Shown: positions 1-9,391, counted from the first letter of the stretch. The stretch is DNA of 64,000 bases from Meiothermus sp. (GCA_033762915.1 JANRLD010000070.1:1-64000); one strand, 5' to 3'. Translations and numbers: made by a program. The notes: a model not told the origin generated them from the sequence alone.

Positions 1-28
1 GGCATCCCAAGACCCCCATAAGGCATAA

Positions 29-1468
29 TCAGCTCACTCGCGTCGCTGCGCTCCGTCCAGACCTCACCCCTGGCTCGGCTTCGCTGAAATCCGACCTCGG
101 CTTACGCCGAAAAACCTGGCTCGATTGGTTTGAAATAGGCACCTCCTCCACAACGTTCCACACCTCGCCCTCAAACGCCTTTCCGCTCGGGGGTGGCAGC
201 GGAGAACCGAATAGCACGGCGTAGAGGATAGTCTTATAGGCATCCTTCGTCACCTTCGCTCGGGTGAAATAGGGGGTCTTACCTCCAGGATGGGTTAGGT
301 AGTCGGTCAGCCACTCCGACTCAATTCCGGCCTGCTCAAGCAGTGTGTATAGGGCTACAAGCTGGGAGTTCTCCAGGTCATAGTTGTAGACCTGAATGCC
401 AGAGTAGACGTAAGCCTTCAAGTCCCGGCTGAAGTTGAGGGGGCCACCCTTCGATTCTTGGGGGTGCTTAAGGCGGCCCGTGGAGGTGGGTTCATAGGGA
501 ATTTTGTAGCGAACGATGCCGTTACCAAAGTCCTCAACTGTGTTTATCCGCACCGTGTTCAGGCACAGCGTATTGTGGTTGGTGACGCTCTCCCAATAGG
601 CAGCCCGCTCCTCTGCGTGCGCGTGTTCCGGGCTCCCCGGCGCTTCAATCCGTGCCTTCTCCCGCCACAGACCATCCAACTCCCTGAAACGCTCAAGCGC
701 GGCCTGGGCAGCAGTCATGTTACATAAACCGTTCCGCTCAATGAGCAGGATGGCAGCCGTCACCAACCCCGGGTGCGCATGCCGCCACCTATCGTAGAGG
801 ACAGAGCGAACCCCGGCACGGCTGGGCCTCCCGGTGAACAGATCAACCCGTGGCTCCATAAGACCGGACTCCTTCAGCCCAGAACGGAGCAGATCATAAA
901 ACCCCCGCCTAAGCCAGTCGTTTGCTATCCGGTACTCCCGGCTCTTGCCCCGCACAATGCTGTAGTCGGTACGCTCCAGCAAGCCCACCTCACAGAGATG
1001 CCGGGGGTTGGTCTTTGGCAACTCCCGCCTTATCAGATCACTCGCCACCGGAACCCACCCGCCCTTGGTGTTGGTGCGGAACCCACCAGAAACAAGGACA
1101 TGCTTGAGGAATGCTTGATCGTCAGGGTGAAGATTGTAGGTTTGAAGCCCTTCGTTGACAAACAATGCACAGCTCTGGGGAACCGAGAAGCTTGTGAGTA
1201 GGTAGCCTCTGGGGGCAACTTGAGCGAACTTTTTTTCAGCGGCTTTACGTACTACAGGACGGCGATTCACACCTGTCACTCCACCACCTATGGCGTCCCC
1301 TTTCCGCTCCCTCTTGCCTCTCCTTCCCCTCCCTCCCTCTTTTAGGCGGTTTGTCTCAGGTTCTTCTAATTTTTCCCGGCCCCGTTTCTTTGCGCCTGGG
1401 TTGGCGGAGTGCTTAATGCCTTCTAGCTCCTCAAAAACTTGATTGGCTTTATTCTGATTGGATTTCAC
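29..1468 (-). CDS. Family A polymerase-like (TV-Pol-like) protein, probably C-terminally truncated
   Basis: GTG start after AGGAGG; motifs TSTGRL, YNYDLENSQL (motif A-like) and KDAYKTILYAVLFG (motif B-like); no motif C before the stop. Confidence 0.6.
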   Translation of the reverse strand: MKSNQNKANQVFEELEGIKHSANPGAKKRGREKLEEPETNRLKEGGRGRRGKRERKGDAIGGGVTGVNRRPVVRKAAEKKFAQVAPRGYLLTSFSVPQSCALFVNEGLQTYNLHPDDQAFLKHVLVSGGFRTNTKGGWVPVASDLIRRELPKTNPRHLCEVGLLERTDYSIVRGKSREYRIANDWLRRGFYDLLRSGLKESGLMEPRVDLFTGRPSRAGVRSVLYDRWRHAHPGLVTAAILLIERNGLCNMTAAQAALERFRELDGLWREKARIEAPGSPEHAHAEERAAYWESVTNHNTLCLNTVRINTVEDFGNGIVRYKIPYEPTSTGRLKHPQESKGGPLNFSRDLKAYVYSGIQVYNYDLENSQLVALYTLLEQAGIESEWLTDYLTHPGGKTPYFTRAKVTKDAYKTILYAVLFGSPLPPPSGKAFEGEVWNVVEEVPISNQSSQVFRRKPRSDFSEAEPGVRSGRSAATRVS

Positions 1469-1739
1469 TTCCCATCCTCCTAGACCCGCAAACCTGGAAG
1501 CCCGGTCAGACCCTATCCAGCCTCACAACCCCACACCTTCCCCCTACACGCCGAAGCCATCGGGGAATCCCAAGTGCGGACAGGGTCAACCCTATCGGGC
1601 AGCTCCGTGCGCCGTTGCGGTGTCTAAAACTTAGCATCATATGTTCTAAACTTCAAGCAATAACAAGATTGCCAAGCTTAGTAAATACCAATCCACAATC
1701 GTTGAGTTTTAGCTAAAAGTGTGCTAACTTTCAGAAGCC

Positions 1740-2291
1740 ATGTCCAGACCACGCAAGCCAGATGCCGAAGTCCGTGATTACGGCCCAGAGAATGCCCGCC
1801 TCGCTAGTATCCTACGGGCGGCACGTATCGCCAACGGCAGAAGCCAAGCCGATGTGGCGGCACGGCTGAAAATATCGCAACGGGCTGTGGCCCACTACGA
1901 AACCGGGGAGAGCCGGATATTCCACCGTCCCTTGGGGAAATTAGAGGAACTGGCAGCGGCATTTGGCGCAAACATGCGCGACATCTTTGTCAGCGGTGCA
2001 CTAGACAACCATTCAGATTACCAGACCGCCAGGGAGCGCTACGGAGAGTCTATGAGTATCACCCGTATTCCAGTAGTTGACGGTTACGACAACCTACGTG
2101 AGCGTATGCGTACCAGCCCACATGTGCTTCGATGGGGAGCAGACCTAGTTAGCAAATATAACCTCCACAACTTAGCAGCAGTTATTCAGGTCGTACCCGG
2201 CTCTCCAGTAGACACATATGTGCTAATCGAACTGACTAGCCGGGACGGTAGCAGTTACCGGGTTGTGGGAACGTTGCAACTAAACAGGTAG
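1740..2291 (+). CDS. XRE-family HTH repressor (cI-like)
   Basis: SQADVAARLKISQRAVAHYETG HTH; divergent from the polymerase-like gene. Confidence 0.85.
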   Translation: MSRPRKPDAEVRDYGPENARLASILRAARIANGRSQADVAARLKISQRAVAHYETGESRIFHRPLGKLEELAAAFGANMRDIFVSGALDNHSDYQTARERYGESMSITRIPVVDGYDNLRERMRTSPHVLRWGADLVSKYNLHNLAAVIQVVPGSPVDTYVLIELTSRDGSSYRVVGTLQLNR

Positions 2292-2364
2292 GGTACGGGC
2301 GCAGTTCTAAACTGAATACGTTGGGATTGATCTTGCTGCACTAGGGTTGTCGCCTGAGCTACAT

Positions 2365-3276
2365 CTAGCCCATCCTGTCAACTGGGCTAAATCGCCTGTG
2401 GGCTTCCTTTACGTCCTCAGTCAATAGGTTTACATATCGTTGGGTTGTAACTAGTCGCCCGTGGCCCAGGATGCGCTGTAGGGTGAACACATTCCCGCCA
2501 GCCTTGAGGAACTCCACTGAGAAGGTGTGGCGGAAGGTGTGCGGCCCAACCTTGTCACGGGTCAAACCAGCAGCCCGGACAATGCGGGTTATGAAGCTGT
2601 TCAGGCTCTCCACGTCCATAGCTCCCTGAGCCGCTACGAACAGGCTGTTTATCGAAGGACTTGGTACTTTGCGCTCTCGGTCTATGTAGGCCAACAGCGC
2701 CCGCCTTGCCCGTCTCCCGAAGGGCACAACCCGTTCCCCGGTCTTGCCGTTGACCCGTATAAGACCCTCAGCCCAGTCAATATCCCGAAGGGTCAGGTTG
2801 GCAGCCTCACCACTCCGTATGCCCGTGTCCAGCAGCAGCAACACCAGGGCCATAGCACGGCGGCTGTGGGTGCGTCTCTGGCAACTTTCAAGGATGCGGG
2901 CTATCTCATCGGGGGTAAATGGCCTAACCTGCTCCGTCTTGTCCTTCGGCCTGGGGAGTTTGGCAAGGGGATTCTGGGGTATGTAGCCGTTGGCGTGTAG
3001 CCAACTTAGCGCTACCCTCAGCGCCCGGTCATAGTTGGCTACTGTGGCAGGCTTCAGGCCCCGCCCCCTACAGGCCGCTATGAACCCTACAAGGCCCTCA
3101 CGGGTCAAATGCTCAGATCGGGTGACACCATGATCGGCAAGGATGCGGAACACCTTCCGATACCATTCCAGGGTGTTCTTGGAGTTACCCCTGTAGCTTT
3201 GCTCATCCAAAAAGGCTTCAATCAGTGCGGTCAGGGTGTCGGTTTCGACTAGCTTCAATCCGGCAAGTTGCCCCAT
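2365..3276 (-). CDS. Tyrosine recombinase/integrase
   Basis: DTGIRSGE, HTFRHTF and LGH...TTQRY catalytic motifs; likely start ATG 3276. Confidence 0.95.
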   Translation of the reverse strand: MGQLAGLKLVETDTLTALIEAFLDEQSYRGNSKNTLEWYRKVFRILADHGVTRSEHLTREGLVGFIAACRGRGLKPATVANYDRALRVALSWLHANGYIPQNPLAKLPRPKDKTEQVRPFTPDEIARILESCQRRTHSRRAMALVLLLLDTGIRSGEAANLTLRDIDWAEGLIRVNGKTGERVVPFGRRARRALLAYIDRERKVPSPSINSLFVAAQGAMDVESLNSFITRIVRAAGLTRDKVGPHTFRHTFSVEFLKAGGNVFTLQRILGHGRLVTTQRYVNLLTEDVKEAHRRFSPVDRMG

Positions 3277-3363
3277 AAAAAAACACCTCCGTCTGTGCGG
3301 TAGACATACGGAAGAGTAGGGGTTTTGACTATCGGGATTCTTGTGTCTGGGTGCGGATTTGGC

Positions 3364-3414
3364 TTCGATTAACCCGTCAGAGACGAACGCTCTACCGGAC
3401 TGAGCTAACGGCCC
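3364..3414 (-). pseudogene. 5' half of a tRNA gene (Lys- or Val-like) at the element junction
   Basis: GGGCCGT-TA-GCTC-AGTCCGGTA-GAGC-G-TTCGTCT gives the acceptor 5' strand, D arm and anticodon 5' strand; no T arm or 3' acceptor strand follows. Confidence 0.75.
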
Positions 3415-3524
3415 CAACCCACCGCCCCAAAGGCGTAGAAGAGTTTAGCACAGGGTCTGTCAACCCACAACCACACCCCGCGCTTCATGCAATACTATTG
3501 GGGTTGCCGGAGGGAAAACCAGCC

Positions 3525-3839
3525 ATGAACATCCAGAAAATAATGAAGGAAGCGCAAAAAGCGCAGAAAAAGGCGGCCGAGGTGCAGGAGAAGCTGGGCC
3601 ACATGACCGTGGTGGGGAGCGCGGGCGGCGGGCTGGTGGAGGTCACCGCCAACGGCCACGGCCAGATTAAGGCGGTCAAGCTCAAGCCCGAGGCGGTGGA
3701 CAAAGACGACGTGGAGGCCCTCGAGGACCTCTTGCTGGTCGCCGTCCAAGACGCCCAGGACAAGGCCCACAAGCTCTCCGAGAAAGAGATGAGCCGCGAG
3801 CTGGGGGCGGTGGGCAACATGCTGGGGGGGATGTTTTAA
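3525..3839 (+). CDS. ybaB: YbaB/EbfC nucleoid-associated protein
   Basis: GSAGGGLVEVTANG and LEDLLLVAVQDA; directly upstream of recR. Confidence 0.95.
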   Translation: MNIQKIMKEAQKAQKKAAEVQEKLGHMTVVGSAGGGLVEVTANGHGQIKAVKLKPEAVDKDDVEALEDLLLVAVQDAQDKAHKLSEKEMSRELGAVGNMLGGMF

Positions 3840-3895
3840 TCCGCCGAACGCCCCCGGAGGCTCTTTTTATTTTGCGCTAGACGCCCGACATATTT

Positions 3896-4480
3896 ATGCG
3901 CTACCCCGAGAAACTCCTCAAGCTCGTCCGCTCGCTGGCGGGGCTGCCCGGCGTGGGGCCGAAGAGCGCCCAGAAACTGGGGCTCTTCATGGTGCAAAAC
4001 CCCGAGGCGGCGGCGGAGTTGCTGTCCAGCCTCGAGGCCGCCCAGGTCCTGCACCCCTGCCCGCGCTGCGGCAACCTGGCCGAGGGTGAGCTCTGCCCGG
4101 TCTGCGCCGACCCAGACCGCGACCAGACCGTGGTCTGTGTGGTCGAGACGATTAATGATCTGATGGCCATCGAGCGCAGCGGCGAGTACAACGGCCTCTA
4201 TCACGTGCTGGGCGGGGCGCTGAACCCCTTGGAAGGCATCGGCCCCGACCAGCTCTTCCTCGAGCCCCTCCTTAAGCGGCTCGGCGCGGTCAAGGAAGCC
4301 ATCCTCGCCACCGGCATGACCGTTGAGGGAGAGGCCACTGCGGCCTATCTGGCCGAGCGGCTGAGCGGGCTGGGCGTCCGCAGCAGCCGCCTGGCCTACG
4401 GTCTGCCGGTGGGGGGCAGCCTCGAGTATGCCGATGAAGTAACGCTGGCGCGGGCCCTGGAGAACCGCCGAGGCTACTAA
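3896..4480 (+). CDS. recR: Recombination mediator RecR
   Basis: LPGVGPKSAQ HhH, C4 zinc finger, Toprim YHVLGG. Confidence 0.97.
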   Translation: MRYPEKLLKLVRSLAGLPGVGPKSAQKLGLFMVQNPEAAAELLSSLEAAQVLHPCPRCGNLAEGELCPVCADPDRDQTVVCVVETINDLMAIERSGEYNGLYHVLGGALNPLEGIGPDQLFLEPLLKRLGAVKEAILATGMTVEGEATAAYLAERLSGLGVRSSRLAYGLPVGGSLEYADEVTLARALENRRGY

Positions 4481-4630
4481 TTTCCTCTCCCAAACAGGAA
4501 AAAAGCGGTTTATGAGAGCCTCGGGCGTTACGCTCGAGGCGGGTTTTTTCCGCTTGCACCACGCAACGCTCGAGGTTACGCTATGCGGGTATATGGTCTA
4601 CGACTGTGCCCACACGCATAGGAGGTCGGC

Positions 4631-4963
4631 ATGAAGTTGCTCGACACCCTGGTATCGCTGGGGGTTCGCCAGGCCGTGCTGACCAGCAACGACGGGCTCG
4701 TCATCGAGAGCGCGGGCAAGGACATCCCGCACCCCGACCTGCTGGCGGCGGAGATCTCGAGCCTCGGACGTACCAGCCGCACCCTGTCCCAGAGTCTCGG
4801 CGGCGAGACCCGCCGCTTCACCCTGGCCACCGACGACCGCGAAATCCTGGTGGTCTTCTTCAAAGACTACTGCCTTGGCGCGGTGGTGGAGCGCGGCACC
4901 GACCGCAAGGGGATTGGTAACGAGCTGTCGCGGCTCGCCATCCGCCTCAGTCACAGCTTATAG
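4631..4963 (+). CDS. Roadblock/LC7 (MglB-like) protein
   Basis: AVLTSNDGLVIES pattern, 110 aa, AGGAGG RBS. Confidence 0.85.
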   Translation: MKLLDTLVSLGVRQAVLTSNDGLVIESAGKDIPHPDLLAAEISSLGRTSRTLSQSLGGETRRFTLATDDREILVVFFKDYCLGAVVERGTDRKGIGNELSRLAIRLSHSL

Positions 4964-4997
4964 GTCTCACCCTAAACCGTGTACAAAAGGAGTCAAC

Positions 4998-5351
4998 ATG
5001 ATGCATACCATCCTCTCCGAACTCCAAACGGCCAGCGGGGTCATGGCTTCGGCACTCATTGCCGAGGACGGCTTCGTGATCGAAAGCACTCGAGGTGAGA
5101 AGGCCCCCGACCTCGACTTCCTGGGCGGCGCGGCCACCACCGCGCTGGGCTCAGCAAGGGCCCTCTCGCAGGAACTCGACCGGGGGGCGGTCGAAGAAGT
5201 CATGGTAGAGTACCCCGAGGGGCCAATTGTGCTGGTTCCGCTCGAGGGGGGTTACATGCTGGTGGTGCTGATGGACTCGATGCAATCCCTCGGGCGGGTG
5301 CGCCTGCAAATCAAGAAAACGGTGCCCCGGCTGAAGGAGAAGTTATCGTGA
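4998..5351 (+). CDS. Roadblock/LC7 (MglB-like) protein
   Basis: ALIAEDGFVIE and SLGRVRL; AGGAG RBS. Confidence 0.88.
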   Translation: MMHTILSELQTASGVMASALIAEDGFVIESTRGEKAPDLDFLGGAATTALGSARALSQELDRGAVEEVMVEYPEGPIVLVPLEGGYMLVVLMDSMQSLGRVRLQIKKTVPRLKEKLS

Positions 5352-5641
5352 CCGACGTACCCCAGATGCCCGAACTGCGCATAGACCTCGACCGCGAGAC
5401 GGCGGTCGGCAAGTACGCCAACTTCGCCCTGTTCTCCCACCAGAAGAACGAGTTCTACATCGACTTCGCCCTGCTCCAGCCCAACGCCGCCGCCAACCAG
5501 ATGGTCGCCGTGATCAGCTCGAGGATCATCACCAGCCCTTCCCACGCCAAGGCCCTACTCCGCTCGCTGGCCGAGAACATCCAGCGCTACGAGGAGACCT
5601 ACGGCGTGATCCCCGAGGAAGTGCCGGGAAATCAGGCCTAG
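5348..5641 (+). CDS. DUF3467-like protein
   Basis: GKYANF, EFYIDF, SRIITSPSHAK and ENIQRYEETYG; overlaps the upstream stop (GTGA). Confidence 0.8.
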   Translation: MTDVPQMPELRIDLDRETAVGKYANFALFSHQKNEFYIDFALLQPNAAANQMVAVISSRIITSPSHAKALLRSLAENIQRYEETYGVIPEEVPGNQA

Positions 5642-5664
5642 CAACAGCGAAAGACGGCAAAAGT

Positions 5665-5692
5665 AAACCCTCCGGCGTTCGGAGGGTTTTTT
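5665..5692 (+). terminator. Rho-independent terminator
   Basis: aaaccctccg-gcgtt-cggagggtttttt. Confidence 0.85.
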
Positions 5693-5724
5693 ACTTACAG
5701 CGGACCTCAATCCATGCCCTGCAG

Positions 5725-5782
5725 ACTGAAATCCGTTCGCTGCGGTGTTGTGGGGGGTGCTGCGGCAATCCAGAGCGGTTCC
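5725..5782 (+). repeat. ~57-bp segment, inverted copy of 7299-7356
   Basis: Near-identical reverse complement. Confidence 0.85.
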
Positions 5783-5866
5783 CAGGAAAGGTGCGACGCT
5801 GTACGCCTTTGGGCACAGGGCTGAGCTGGTGCCCGCTTCGCCGCCTCAGCGCACGTCAGCTCACCC

Positions 5867-6337
5867 TCACGCCTTCTGCAACTCACCCAGCGCATCGGCC
5901 ACCTCGAGGGCGTGTACTTCGGCGTTCACCTTCTCCCAAACCTTGGCGATCTTGCCCGCAGGGTCTATCAAGTAGGTATAGCGCATCACGCCCTCGTACT
6001 CCTTGCCATACATCTGCTTCTTGCCCCAGGCCCCGTAGGCCTGGATTACGGTCTTGTCGGGGTCGGCGAGGAGGGGGAAGTTGAGCCCGAACTTGCCGTG
6101 AAACTTGCCATGCGATTTCACATCGTCGGCGCTAACGCCCAGCACGGCGGCCCCCATCTCCTCGAGCCGCCCTTTCTCGTCGCGGAAGCTACAGGCTTCC
6201 TTGGTGCAGCCGGGGGTATCGTCCTTGGGGTAGAAGTAGAGCACCACCCACTTGCCCTGGTAGTCCTTCAGGGCGTGCTGCTGGTTGTCCTGGTCGGGAA
6301 GGTCGAAGGCCGGGGCTTTGTCTCCAAGGTTAAGCAT
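5867..6337 (-). CDS. bcp: Peroxiredoxin BCP
   Basis: FYPKDDTPGCTKEACSFRD. Confidence 0.95.
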   Translation of the reverse strand: MLNLGDKAPAFDLPDQDNQQHALKDYQGKWVVLYFYPKDDTPGCTKEACSFRDEKGRLEEMGAAVLGVSADDVKSHGKFHGKFGLNFPLLADPDKTVIQAYGAWGKKQMYGKEYEGVMRYTYLIDPAGKIAKVWEKVNAEVHALEVADALGELQKA

Positions 6338-6597
6338 AAGGCGGTTATATCGGGGCCAGGGGTTTGGGAGTGGTGGCTGGGATACTTTGAGGGGCCGCAG
6401 GAAAGACGGTATAGAGCGAAAGAACAGCCTCCCCGGCTCCCCTTAGACGTTCGCCCCACGCCGATTTGTGGGATTTTCGGGTGAGCTGATCATCCTACCC
6501 GCCCGCAAACCGATTTGCTGAGGCTGCAGCAACCCCCGGCCAACCGCTTCGCGCTTTTCCTCCTCCCTCTCCCCTCTCCTCGTATAATGTCCCGGCT

Positions 6598-7125
6598 ATG
6601 CCAAACCTTAAAGAACTGCCTGTCGGCAAAAAAGCCCCCGAAATTGTCCACATGGTGATCGAAGTGCCCTACGGCTCGGGCAACAAGTACGAGTACGACC
6701 CCGAACTCGAGGTAGTTAAGCTCGACCGGGTGCTGCCCACCGCGCAGTTCTACCCTGGCGACTACGGCTTCATCCCCTCCACCCTGGCCGACGACGGCGA
6801 CCCCCTGGACGGCATCATCCTCTCGACCTACCCTCTGCTACCGGGGGTGGTGGTGGACGTGCGCATCCTGGGCATGGTGGACATGCAAGACGAGAAGGGC
6901 GGCGACGCCAAAATCCTGGGCGTGATCGCCGAAGATCCCCGCTGGGATCACCTCAAAGACCTCGTCGACGTACCCCAGGCCACCAAGAACGAGATTCAGA
7001 ACTTCTTCGAGACCTACAAGGCCCTCGAGGCCCACAAGGGCAAGTGGGTCAAGGTGACGGGCTGGAAGGACAAGGCCGGGGCCGTCGAGGAGGTCAAGGC
7101 GTGTATTGAGCGGTACAAGAAGTAG
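6598..7125 (+). CDS. ppa: Inorganic pyrophosphatase (family I)
   Basis: YGFIPSTLADDGDPLD; TATAAT at 6583. Confidence 0.97.
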   Translation: MPNLKELPVGKKAPEIVHMVIEVPYGSGNKYEYDPELEVVKLDRVLPTAQFYPGDYGFIPSTLADDGDPLDGIILSTYPLLPGVVVDVRILGMVDMQDEKGGDAKILGVIAEDPRWDHLKDLVDVPQATKNEIQNFFETYKALEAHKGKWVKVTGWKDKAGAVEEVKACIERYKK

Positions 7126-7192
7126 CAGGAGACGGGACGCAGGAGGCGGGAGACCAAAACTCCCGCCTCTTCGAATTGCAGCGATTCTCACC

Positions 7193-7310
7193 TTTCGAGT
7201 TTCCCACCACTCTTCCGCCCACAATGCTGCGCTAAAGCGTGCGCTAAAGCGGAGTATTGCACTCGGTACGGCAACAACCGCCGTACCGAGTGTTCGTCGG
7301 AACCGCTCTG
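7193..7310 (-). repeat. Family A miniature element copy with an internal 12-bp tandem duplication
   Basis: GGAACCGCTCT end; hairpin cactcggtacggc/gccgtaccgagtg; aligns with 17973-18069. Confidence 0.75.
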
Positions 7311-7567
7311 GATTGCCGCAGCACCCCCGACAACACCGCAGCGAACGGACTTCAGCCCCAGGGTTGACGACCTACAGAACCCCCGGGAAGGACTGTATCC
7401 GCCGGCCCACCGCCGTGGGAGCCGTCTTCTGGACGTCGCAAACTCACTGCGGGGCAACCTTGGGAGGTTTCGGGGCTTTGAGACTGTTCCGCCAGCATCC
7501 CGCTTTCTAACCCTCAACTGTTCGTTCCCTCTCAGACTTATCCAAGATAGGAGCCTTAGACTAGCGT

Positions 7568-8149
7568 ATGGAAGCTGTCCAAAACAGGAGCGTTCCAAGG
7601 TGGCTGCCTTTTCTGGGGGCGGCTTTGCTGCTGGGTGTGGGGTTCTTGGCCGGTCGGCTGAGCGCACCGGCCCAGGTGCAGACGGTGGCGGTTCGCGCCC
7701 TGCCCACGCAGCCCGTCGGCTTCGAGCGGACCCAGGGGGTGCCCGAGCTGGGGCAGCCCAGCCCCAACAACCCCGACCTGCAAGCCCCGCCCGACCCCCG
7801 CGAGATGCTGCCGCTCGGCCCCGGCCCCGGTCAGGGCCAGGGACAGCAGCCGGGCCAGGGGCAGCAGCCCCAGCCAGGCCAGGGGGAATGCCCGATCCTG
7901 ATTTATCAGGATGGGCAGCTGTTCCAGCTCCAGCCCCAGCCCGGTCAGGGCGACCAGCCCATGCCTGGTCAGGGCCAGGGGCCCGGCCCCGGCTTCGGCG
8001 GCCCGCAAGAACTCATTCCGCTCGGCCCTGGGGGCGGGGGCGGCGGACAGCCCGGCCCCAACACTCCGGCCCCGCAAACACCGCAGACGCCACAAACCCC
8101 CGCCCAGCCCGAAACACCGCCCGCCCGGCCCAACCCCAACCGTGCCTAA
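7568..8149 (+). CDS. Membrane-anchored Pro/Gln/Gly-rich protein upstream of MoxR
   Basis: N-terminal hydrophobic segment, low-complexity body, RBS present. Confidence 0.75.
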   Translation: MEAVQNRSVPRWLPFLGAALLLGVGFLAGRLSAPAQVQTVAVRALPTQPVGFERTQGVPELGQPSPNNPDLQAPPDPREMLPLGPGPGQGQGQQPGQGQQPQPGQGECPILIYQDGQLFQLQPQPGQGDQPMPGQGQGPGPGFGGPQELIPLGPGGGGGGQPGPNTPAPQTPQTPQTPAQPETPPARPNPNRA

Positions 8150-8254
8150 CGCGCAAGACGGATTGCGCAGGGCGTGGGGCAAAACTTAGGATGATCTACG
8201 CGCAACAGGCTATCGGCCATTAGCTGTACGCTATCCGCCCCTCAGGAGAAACCT

Positions 8255-9301
8255 ATGTCTGACAAAGCCCCCCTCGAGCCCCAAGCCGTGATGGACGCTT
8301 CCGCCAAGCTAAGGACGCTGTTGCTGGAGGTCAAGAAGGTCATCGTGGGCCAAGACCTGATGCTCGAGCGGATGGTGGTGGCGCTGCTGGCGCGGGGGCA
8401 CATCCTGATCGAGGGGGTGCCGGGCCTGGCCAAGACCCTCGCCATCAAGACCACTGCCGAGGCCATCGGGGCCAGCTTCAAGCGGGTACAGTTCACTCCG
8501 GACTTGGTGCCCGCCGACCTGATCGGTACGCGCATCTACAACCCCAAAGAGGCCACCTTCGACACCGAACTGGGGCCGATCTTCGCCAACCTGATTCTGG
8601 CCGACGAGATCAACCGCGCCCCGGCCAAAATCCAGTCGGCCCTCCTCGAGGCCATGCAGGAGCGTCAGGTGACGATTGGGGGTAACACCTACAAGCTCCC
8701 CGACCCCTTCCTGGTGCTGGCCACCCAGAACCCCATCGAGTCCGAAGGCACCTACTTTCTGCCCGAGGCCCAGGTGGACCGCTTCATGTTCAAGGTCTGG
8801 ATTGACTACCCCGCCTTCTACGAAGAGATGACGGTGGTGGACCGCGTTTCGCAACGCTTCGACCGCATCACCGAGGTGCTCTCTGGCGACGACCTGCGCT
8901 CGCTGCAGCAGATGGCCGACCAGGTGAACGTCCACCAGGCCGTCACCGAGTACGCGGTGCGCCTGACCCGCGCCACCCGCGAGCCCGGCGAGGTGGGGCT
9001 GGCCAGCCTCAAGAAATACATCAGCTTCGGCGGCTCGCCCCGCTCCAGCGTCAACCTGATCCTGGGCGCGAAGGCCCTCGCCATCGTGCGCGGGCGCGAG
9101 TACGTGCTCCCTGAGGACGTGCGCGACCTGGCGCCCGAGGTGCTGCGCCACCGGGTGATCCTGTCCTACGAGGCCCTCGCCGACGAGATGAAGCTCGAGG
9201 AGGTGGTGCAGAAGATCATCGCCGCCACCCCCCTGCCCAAGGTTCACCTGGGCGACCCCTACCGCGACACCCGGCCTGGGGTGGAGGTCGCGGGGAATTG
9301 A
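8255..9301 (+). CDS. moxR: MoxR AAA+ ATPase
   Basis: EGVPGLAKT, DEINRAPAKIQSALLEAMQE, ATQNPIE. Confidence 0.95.
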   Translation: MSDKAPLEPQAVMDASAKLRTLLLEVKKVIVGQDLMLERMVVALLARGHILIEGVPGLAKTLAIKTTAEAIGASFKRVQFTPDLVPADLIGTRIYNPKEATFDTELGPIFANLILADEINRAPAKIQSALLEAMQERQVTIGGNTYKLPDPFLVLATQNPIESEGTYFLPEAQVDRFMFKVWIDYPAFYEEMTVVDRVSQRFDRITEVLSGDDLRSLQQMADQVNVHQAVTEYAVRLTRATREPGEVGLASLKKYISFGGSPRSSVNLILGAKALAIVRGREYVLPEDVRDLAPEVLRHRVILSYEALADEMKLEEVVQKIIAATPLPKVHLGDPYRDTRPGVEVAGN

Positions 9302-9391
9302 GGTTGAGGGTTGAGGGGCGTCGGCAGTTGGCAAAAGCTGGAAGCTGACCGCCCACTGTCCCCCCGACCTTCATTATTCTCGGAGAAAATC

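Larger units (their letters stand above)
1..3414. mobile_element. Right-hand part of an integrated element (prophage/satellite-like); continues beyond the left window edge
   Basis: Integrase, XRE repressor and replication-type gene next to a tRNA fragment; lower GC than flanks and no CTCGAG seen, unlike host DNA. Confidence 0.85.

Noticed and set aside
3300..3381. Group I intron in the tRNA anticodon loop
   Set aside because: No recognisable core elements or 3' exon before the integrase
3277..3417. N-terminal extension of the integrase ORF
   Set aside because: It runs through the tRNA fragment; ATG 3276 is a more plausible start
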